From contig JBHLPF010000063.1 of the NCBI GenBank assembly GCA_048939765.1, forward strand, positions 1 to 12,784: DNA of 12,784 bases. The letters run 5' to 3'. The notes below the pieces were generated by a model. It was not told where the DNA came from. It saw only the letters and a list, made by a program, of their open reading frames with translations, and did no database searches. The DNA comes from Promethearchaeota archaeon (lineage in GTDB: Archaea > Asgardarchaeota > Thorarchaeia > Thorarchaeales > Thorarchaeaceae). The translations under genes and the position numbers were made by a program. This document shows positions 7,316 through 12,784 of the stretch, in pieces. Positions within the stretch are counted from its first letter, which is position 1. Each line of letters opens with the position of its first letter.

Positions 7316-8122
7316 GTGGTTTTCAATCCTTTACCTGGTTTTGAGCTAGTCTGGGATATCGCTGCATTTGTTATCTCGTTCATCGTGATACTGATGCTAG
7401 TCCAGATCAATGCTGCCATTGAGAAGAGTGGCAAGCTCTCAACAGTTGTGACACGGAAAGTCATCCACACGTTTGCAGCTCCCTTATGGGTGCTCACCTG
7501 GATGCTCTTTTCAGGTAGTATATTCAGTCGATGGCTGGCGATAATTGTGCCTCTCATATTCGTTCTTCTGTTTGTGATGATTGGAACTGGCAGGAGCGTT
7601 AACGAGGACTTTGTGCGTTCAATGTCAAGGAGCGGCGATCCGAGAGAGCTCCTCGGAGGCACTCTTTACTATGCATTTATGATGGTCGTCATTGGAATCC
7701 TATGGTTCTACGTTCCAGCCGATGGTGATCTGGCCAATGCTACTCCACTGGCACTACTTGTCTTTGGATGTCTAGCGGGAGGAGACGGATTCGCAGACGT
7801 TATTGGCCGAAAGTATGGAGGCGACAAGAAGTTCGGAATTGGTGGTGCTGAGAAGACATTTGCAGGCGTGATAGGGATGTTCATTGGCTCATTCCTGTTC
7901 AGCTTTGTCCTCGTATTCCTGTTCTCAATCGAAGTGGCGGCATTCTCAGTCATCGACCTAATCATACCCATAGTAGTTGTGAGTCTTGTAGCCACCATAG
8001 TTGAAGCAATAACACCGAAGGGCCTAGACAATCTGACTATCTCTATTGCAGCTATCATCATGGTGTTGCTGCTATCCTTCCTAGGTCTGTTCGGGACATT
8101 CCCAATGTTTAGTCTGTTCTGA
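7316..8122 (+). CDS. CTP-dependent isoprenoid-alcohol kinase (phytol/farnesol/dolichol kinase family)
   Basis: Polytopic membrane protein with TRKVIH, SMSRSGDPRELLGGTLYY, GGDGFADVIGRKYG, KTFAG, ATIVEA and DNLTI, as in VTE5/FOLK-like kinases. AGGAGG precedes the GTG start. Confidence 0.88.
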   Translation: MVFNPLPGFELVWDIAAFVISFIVILMLVQINAAIEKSGKLSTVVTRKVIHTFAAPLWVLTWMLFSGSIFSRWLAIIVPLIFVLLFVMIGTGRSVNEDFVRSMSRSGDPRELLGGTLYYAFMMVVIGILWFYVPADGDLANATPLALLVFGCLAGGDGFADVIGRKYGGDKKFGIGGAEKTFAGVIGMFIGSFLFSFVLVFLFSIEVAAFSVIDLIIPIVVVSLVATIVEAITPKGLDNLTISIAAIIMVLLLSFLGLFGTFPMFSLF

Positions 8123-8140
8123 CACATACGGTGGAGCTAA

Positions 8141-8959
8141 ATGAACAACGAGCTCACAGTCATCAAGCTTGGCGGTTCACTACTGACTGACAAGACGAAA
8201 CCCTATACCTATAGGAGAGACGTGCTCGAATCGGTATCACGTGAGATCAGGGAATGTCTTGATGAGGGCTTAATTAAGTCGCTTGTCCTGCTACATGGTG
8301 TGGGCTCCTACGGGCATCCACCAGTTCTGGAGCACAAACTCCACAAGGGCTTCTTAGGTCCTGATCAACTTCTACCACTCTCTAAGACACAAGAGAGTGT
8401 AGCAACCCTTAGACACATCATTGTAAAGGAATTTCAGAATGCAGGGGTTCCGGTGTGCCTAATGTACCCCTCTTCGATGGTGACATCTGAGAAGATGCAG
8501 ATGACCAATTACTTCCTAGAGCCGCTGAAGGGCTTTGCCTCGCTTGGTATGATTCCTCTATTGGGAGGAGACATCTTAATCGACTCCGTCATGGGTTGGA
8601 GTGTAGGCAGTGGAGACCAGCTGGCTGTCATCATTGCGAAGGAGCTAGGAGCCAAGCACCTGCTCTTTGCATCTGATGTGGCTGGACTCTACGATACAGA
8701 TCCTAAGCTAAATCCAGATGCAGCTTCCATTGATACAATCAACCTCAACAAACTGGAGGAAACCCTGCAGAGGATGGGTGCATCTGGAATTGATGACGCA
8801 AGTGGAGGAATGAAGGGGAAGATCAAGTCCTTAGTTCCAGCTAAGCCTCTGATAGAGAAAGGTCTGGAAGTTGGACTGCTTTCCATGATGAGCTATGGAA
8901 ACTTGAAGGCCTACCTTAGAAACGAAGACTGTCAGTGTACACGAGTTGTTGTAGAATAG
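8141..8959 (+). CDS. ipk: Isopentenyl phosphate kinase (amino-acid kinase family)
   Basis: VIKLGGSLLTDK, HGVGSYGHP (IPK-type His), PLLGGD, SGDQ, SDVAGLY and DASGGMKGKI. Lies 18 bp downstream of the prenol kinase, with a GGTGGAG RBS. Confidence 0.88.
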   Translation: MNNELTVIKLGGSLLTDKTKPYTYRRDVLESVSREIRECLDEGLIKSLVLLHGVGSYGHPPVLEHKLHKGFLGPDQLLPLSKTQESVATLRHIIVKEFQNAGVPVCLMYPSSMVTSEKMQMTNYFLEPLKGFASLGMIPLLGGDILIDSVMGWSVGSGDQLAVIIAKELGAKHLLFASDVAGLYDTDPKLNPDAASIDTINLNKLEETLQRMGASGIDDASGGMKGKIKSLVPAKPLIEKGLEVGLLSMMSYGNLKAYLRNEDCQCTRVVVE

Positions 8960-8966
8960 ACATATT

Positions 8967-8989
8967 TGTGGGGCTCTATGAGTCCCACA
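8967..8989. terminator. Hairpin between convergent ipk and GT4
   Basis: TGTGGGGCTC-TAT-GAGTCCCACA, a 10-bp stem with one G-U pair, fills most of the 33-bp gap. Confidence 0.5.
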
Positions 8990-8992
8990 CAC

Positions 8993-10207
8993 TCACTTTT
9001 TCAGTTTGTCAATCATCTCCTGATAGATTGATACTAGTTGTTTTGCATATTTTCTGATATCATACTTCTCCTTGACAGACCTGAATGCATTTTGCGCAAT
9101 CTTGTTTCTGAGTTCATCATGTAGCAAGAGCTTCTTAACGGCCTCTGCAAGAGCTATCACATCATCCGGGGGCACAGCAATCCCATCATAGTTGTGTGTT
9201 ACAATCTCACGCGGACCAAACACATCCGTGGTTATGACTGGGACCTTGCATGCCATCGCTTCTATGATTGAAAGCCCAAATGGCTCCCGTCGAGAGGGGT
9301 AAAGGAAGATGCGGCTTTTGTTGATCAGGATGGGGACATCATCGACATCGACAACTCCCTTGTAATCTATCATTGATGATACATCCTTGTCATCGAATTC
9401 ACTGAATAGCCTGTCCTTGAGAGAGCCCTCTCCTGTCATCATCATCTTAAGATTCGGAAACTCGGACTTGAGGAGGGATAGCATCTCTGGAAATAGGTCA
9501 ACCGACTTCATAGGTTCTAGGCGTCCCATGAACGCTAAGTCCCATTCTTTGTCTACATCCGGCAGCGGCCTGAAGACTGACAAATCAATACCACTGTATA
9601 CTGTGCGAACTCTATCATGCCTCTCAGATTCTATATGCTCTCTGACAGCTCCTGCAACATGCTCACTGACAGCGACGATAAGATCGAATCCAACGTCTGA
9701 GGAGAATTCCTTGAAATCTGTCGTTTCTTTCCCATTTGGCAGAATTAGCGGCTTAGGCAGGCCATGTATTGTAATGACGAAGGGTATCTCCATCTCAAGA
9801 TGCGATCGTAGTCGGGTAATTACCTTATTGAAGACCACATACGTACTATGTGCATGAATCACGTCCGGTTGAATCTCATGAATGAGTCCAGCCAATTGGT
9901 CTGTGAGTATACGTACATCCTCCTCAAGGTCATTGGGCCTGAACAGCTTTTTGGCAGCCTCATCTCTCTCATCTTCGGGCAGCGCATAGAACTCCCACTT
10001 ACGAGCCTCCAGCAAGTTGCCTGGTAATTGAAAAATGGTATAGTGTTGTTTTCGGACTGTTTCTGGAGCATTTCGATAGGGTGATTGTGTAGCTACAAAC
10101 GATTCATGTCCCAGTGAAGCCATCGCTTTTGATAGATAATGGATGATTGACTCGTAACCACCAAGACCGGCAGGGTTAAGGCTGTCACAAAGGTGGAGAA
10201 TTCTCAT
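8993..10207 (-). CDS. Glycosyltransferase family 4 (GT-B, retaining)
   Basis: MRILHL..GGYE N-terminus, PDVIHAH, TIHG, GIDLSVFRP, FMGRLEPMK and the E-x7-E motif EPFGLSIIEAMAC. Confidence 0.93.
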   Translation of the reverse strand: MRILHLCDSLNPAGLGGYESIIHYLSKAMASLGHESFVATQSPYRNAPETVRKQHYTIFQLPGNLLEARKWEFYALPEDERDEAAKKLFRPNDLEEDVRILTDQLAGLIHEIQPDVIHAHSTYVVFNKVITRLRSHLEMEIPFVITIHGLPKPLILPNGKETTDFKEFSSDVGFDLIVAVSEHVAGAVREHIESERHDRVRTVYSGIDLSVFRPLPDVDKEWDLAFMGRLEPMKSVDLFPEMLSLLKSEFPNLKMMMTGEGSLKDRLFSEFDDKDVSSMIDYKGVVDVDDVPILINKSRIFLYPSRREPFGLSIIEAMACKVPVITTDVFGPREIVTHNYDGIAVPPDDVIALAEAVKKLLLHDELRNKIAQNAFRSVKEKYDIRKYAKQLVSIYQEMIDKLKK

Positions 10208-10266
10208 TCACAGTCACAGCCAATCTCAGTAAGAGGCCCCTAATCTATCTAACGAGGAGCACACCA

Positions 10267-11352
10267 GTGAAGTCAGATGAGGAAAAACATCCAGCATTGG
10301 TTTCTCTTCCGGATAGAGTACGCGATCGAGATGTGTTTCATGATAGGGTAGGAAGGGTCTATGTGACCCTTGGCTACATACAACCAGAAGACAGAATCCT
10401 ATCGTTCTTCAAATATATTCCACATCCACAAGGAAAGTGGCGAACAGCAGACCAACGATACAAGCGTATCTTTTGGGGAGGAGGAGCATCAGCAGCCGAG
10501 GGTATGACAAAGGCTCCAGACGACTATATTGTATACGATTCGCATTTCGGTAGCGAGCTCCTTGAGGTCCCTAGAACTGCAGTCGAGAAATACTTCAGTC
10601 CTGAAACTCGGGTCAAAGAGATTCTGGAATCCAGATCACGTGACCCCCTTGAGGAGAGTGTTGCGCTGATGACTGAAACCCTCCATGACACACTTGGTAT
10701 CCCCTTTGAAAGACTTGGTGTCACTGGCAGTGTTGTATGGAAAGCGCACAATCCAAGATTTTCTGACATCAACATGAACATCTATGGCTTTGATATGGCC
10801 TGGCATCTGCAGAAGGGTTATGATGAAGTTGCAGAGCGGAACTCCCACATGCGTCTTCGACAGATGCATGAATGGAAACGGACCATGGCTAGGGTTGTGG
10901 AACGCATTCCCGCTCTTCCTCTCGAATCCATGAAGGAACTGTTTACAAGGAGAAAGGGCCTTCTATGTCATGGGCGATCTATAGGAGTCATGCCAATACT
11001 TCTCCCTGATGAGGCTCCAATAACTCACGGCTGTGAGTCGTATGCAACAATAACACCTGAACCAGTTCGAGTAAACATGGAGATATCTGATGAAACATAT
11101 GGACTGTTTCTTCCTGCAATCTACTTGGGTGAGTCTCCCCCACTCGAGCTTATAGATGGCGAATGCGTTACTAGAATCCTAGTGTATGAGGGGTCATTCC
11201 GTGGGCTCATTCGGACAGGTGACAGAGTTGAAGTGTCTGGGATTATCCAGAGAGTCACACCCATTGATTCGGGCACCGAACCATCCTATCAGCTAATGGT
11301 AGGTTCAAAGGCTGGTGCCGGGAAGGAGTATATCAGGCTCACAAATTCCTAG
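10267..11352 (+). CDS. Archaeal Pol-beta-like nucleotidyltransferase (COG1665-like) with degenerate active site
   Basis: RDRD..F, V.GY..P and KY.P N-terminal motifs, LGVTGS..SDINMNIYG, and a C-terminal OB-like GDRVEVSG. GAGGAG RBS before GTG. Confidence 0.8.
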   Translation: MKSDEEKHPALVSLPDRVRDRDVFHDRVGRVYVTLGYIQPEDRILSFFKYIPHPQGKWRTADQRYKRIFWGGGASAAEGMTKAPDDYIVYDSHFGSELLEVPRTAVEKYFSPETRVKEILESRSRDPLEESVALMTETLHDTLGIPFERLGVTGSVVWKAHNPRFSDINMNIYGFDMAWHLQKGYDEVAERNSHMRLRQMHEWKRTMARVVERIPALPLESMKELFTRRKGLLCHGRSIGVMPILLPDEAPITHGCESYATITPEPVRVNMEISDETYGLFLPAIYLGESPPLELIDGECVTRILVYEGSFRGLIRTGDRVEVSGIIQRVTPIDSGTEPSYQLMVGSKAGAGKEYIRLTNS

Positions 11353-12422
11353 AACTCGACTGCATCTATTGTCTTGAGGACATTAGCCTCCCATCCCGGT
11401 GGATAACTCAAGGTAATCTGGTCATATTCGGTGCGTTTCCGTTCCACATGTTCAAGTATTCCTGAAACCATCACCTCTTCATCTCTGAAAGCCATCATCC
11501 TGAACTGCTCAATATAGTTGAGGACTCTTGTTGGAGAAGCACCTGAGTTGCCTTCAATCACTTCAAGTGTTTCAATTCCATACTCACTAGGCATGTAGTA
11601 ACCGTCTTCGTGGTCTGTGATTCGTGCCCTGACGGTGATACGATCACCTGGGGTCATTATCGCATCTTCTGCAAGGTTGTCAATTTCATCGAATCTACGA
11701 ATTGGTTCAAACTCGACTTTCAGGAACGGGTCACGGACTCCGGGAAGGACTCCATAGATTCCTTTCCGGCGGTGGTGAGCAATAATCTCCTCGCGGGTTA
11801 TCGCCGTGAATGGAGAAGGCTTTTCCAGGAACTGTTGCACTTCAACAATGAACTCATTGGCAAGATATCCGTTGGGCTCCGCATACCACTCAAGGAGATG
11901 CGAACGTAAGTGTTCGAAGGTCTTTTTTCCGTAGACTGTTATGTCCAAATCTGAGAACTGAGGATGATATATTCCAGCTAGAAGGCTCCCAAATATGCCT
12001 AAGTCTGTTCTCCTTATTGACGTGTTCTCAAGGAGATAGTCAATGAGTTCAACCAAGCGATTCGCAAGCAGGTCATCAGGAGACGATTCAAGCATCTGCC
12101 TCAGACGAATATCAGTCCTAAACTCCTTCTGGATGTCAGAATGTGTCACACCAACAAGGGTTGTGTTGAGTGGGGGATAGGGAACCATGAATTGAGGATA
12201 CTTCTCGGTGACGAACTCAATACCCTCTGAGCCATAGAACTTGCAGTACCCTTTCTTCCGAATTCGTTGGTCAAGGAGCGTTTCTGAATTGAAGATTGAC
12301 ATTGGGACGTATTCCGGGTCACAGACATAGCCTGATGATGGATGCCAATAGCCATAGACCCGAAAGAAGATGCCAGGGTCTGTGAGAATGAGATCACGGT
12401 CTCGGAGTGTACGTCTAGACAA
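11349..12422 (-). CDS. Archaeal Pol-beta-like nucleotidyltransferase (COG1665-like) with intact GS/DxD
   Basis: LRDRDLI, FRVYGYWHP, LGIFGSLLAG..SDLDITVYG and a C-terminal OB-like EEVMVSGILE. Probable start is TTG 12422 (after AGGGGT), which aligns with the paralogue N-terminus; the track start is 12560. Confidence 0.85.
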   Translation of the reverse strand: MSRRTLRDRDLILTDPGIFFRVYGYWHPSSGYVCDPEYVPMSIFNSETLLDQRIRKKGYCKFYGSEGIEFVTEKYPQFMVPYPPLNTTLVGVTHSDIQKEFRTDIRLRQMLESSPDDLLANRLVELIDYLLENTSIRRTDLGIFGSLLAGIYHPQFSDLDITVYGKKTFEHLRSHLLEWYAEPNGYLANEFIVEVQQFLEKPSPFTAITREEIIAHHRRKGIYGVLPGVRDPFLKVEFEPIRRFDEIDNLAEDAIMTPGDRITVRARITDHEDGYYMPSEYGIETLEVIEGNSGASPTRVLNYIEQFRMMAFRDEEVMVSGILEHVERKRTEYDQITLSYPPGWEANVLKTIDAVEF

Positions 12423-12585
12423 TATTACTACCCCTACTGAAGAGAAGTCGCGTTTATGCCTGATGATAATCCTTGCCGTTGCCCGAAACTTATACAGACT
12501 TGGAAATAACGTTCCATGATCGATGTTCGGTTCCTGACTCATCGAAGCAGCATCATGCAAATCTCGAAGTATTTGCGAAGACGTC

Positions 12586-12705
12586 TTACGTCTTCTCCAC
12601 AGGCGTTTTCTGTCTCCGTGCGACTCGCGGCGACTGTGGCGTCAGTTCATTGACGTGGTTCTTGTCATTGACTAACTCTACATCGTGCTGTCCAATTTGA
12701 ACCAT
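12586..12705 (-). other. Possible small ORF or frameshifted gene remnant (39 aa)
   Basis: AGGTG lies 6 nt before an ATG at 12705 and the frame reads MVQIGQHDVELVNDKNHVNELTPQSPRVARRQKTPVEKT*. No recognisable homology. Confidence 0.25.
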
Positions 12706-12784
12706 ATAAGCACCTATCCAACTTTGTCCAAGGTTTGTGCAAATGCTGCATACCCTCGACAGCCAGACTCATTAGGCACGATTG

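Noticed and set aside
539-9000. Selenocysteine or other read-through at TGA stops
   Set aside because: The stops fall at the expected family C-termini or abut neighbouring genes. I saw no redox motif containing TGA and no SECIS-like element.
253-12397. Numerous antisense or alternative-frame ORFs from the track (for example 772..1056, 2236..2601, 2598..3005, 7210..7662, 7708..8127, 9387..9857, 11610..11909)
   Set aside because: They overlap well-supported genes, carry no recognisable motifs and look like shadow ORFs.
12423-12560. 46-aa N-terminal extension of the minus-strand nucleotidyltransferase
   Set aside because: Similarity to the paralogue begins near LRDRD, and TTG 12422 has an RBS-like sequence and a TATA-like CATAAA upstream.
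1-12784. Mobile element, provirus, CRISPR array or defence island
   Set aside because: No transposase, integrase, viral or cas genes, no terminal repeats and no regularly spaced repeats were seen.

Overview
Gene-dense archaeal chromosomal window with no rRNA, complete tRNA, CRISPR array or recognisable mobile element. The archaeal origin is inferred from isopentenyl phosphate kinase, COG1665-type nucleotidyltransferases, an HTH_10/Bat-type regulator, GGTGA/GGAGG ribosome-binding sites and TATA-like boxes about 25-35 bp upstream of starts. The gene mix resembles Asgard/Thorarchaeota, but that cannot be proven from the sequence. There are 15 well-supported CDSs: VIT1/CCC1-like transporter, ICMT/PEMT-like membrane methyltransferase, two paralogous RimJ/RimL GNATs, NMO/FabK-like flavoenzyme, endonuclease V, a secreted membrane-anchored protein, a 71-aa helical protein, an HTH_10 regulator, a short serpin-like protein, a prenol kinase plus isopentenyl phosphate kinase operon, a GT4 glycosyltransferase and two convergent nucleotidyltransferase paralogues. 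Most notable: (1) the nucleotidyltransferases look like one intact enzyme and one pseudo-enzyme; (2) a CCGWCA-N2-TGWCGG palindrome lies just upstream of TATA-like boxes of both the HTH_10 gene and the 71-aa gene, suggesting a small regulon; (3) a two-kinase operon that could salvage isoprenoid alcohols; (4) a minimal serpin with a non-canonical hinge. All family calls come from motif recognition by eye, not database searches.
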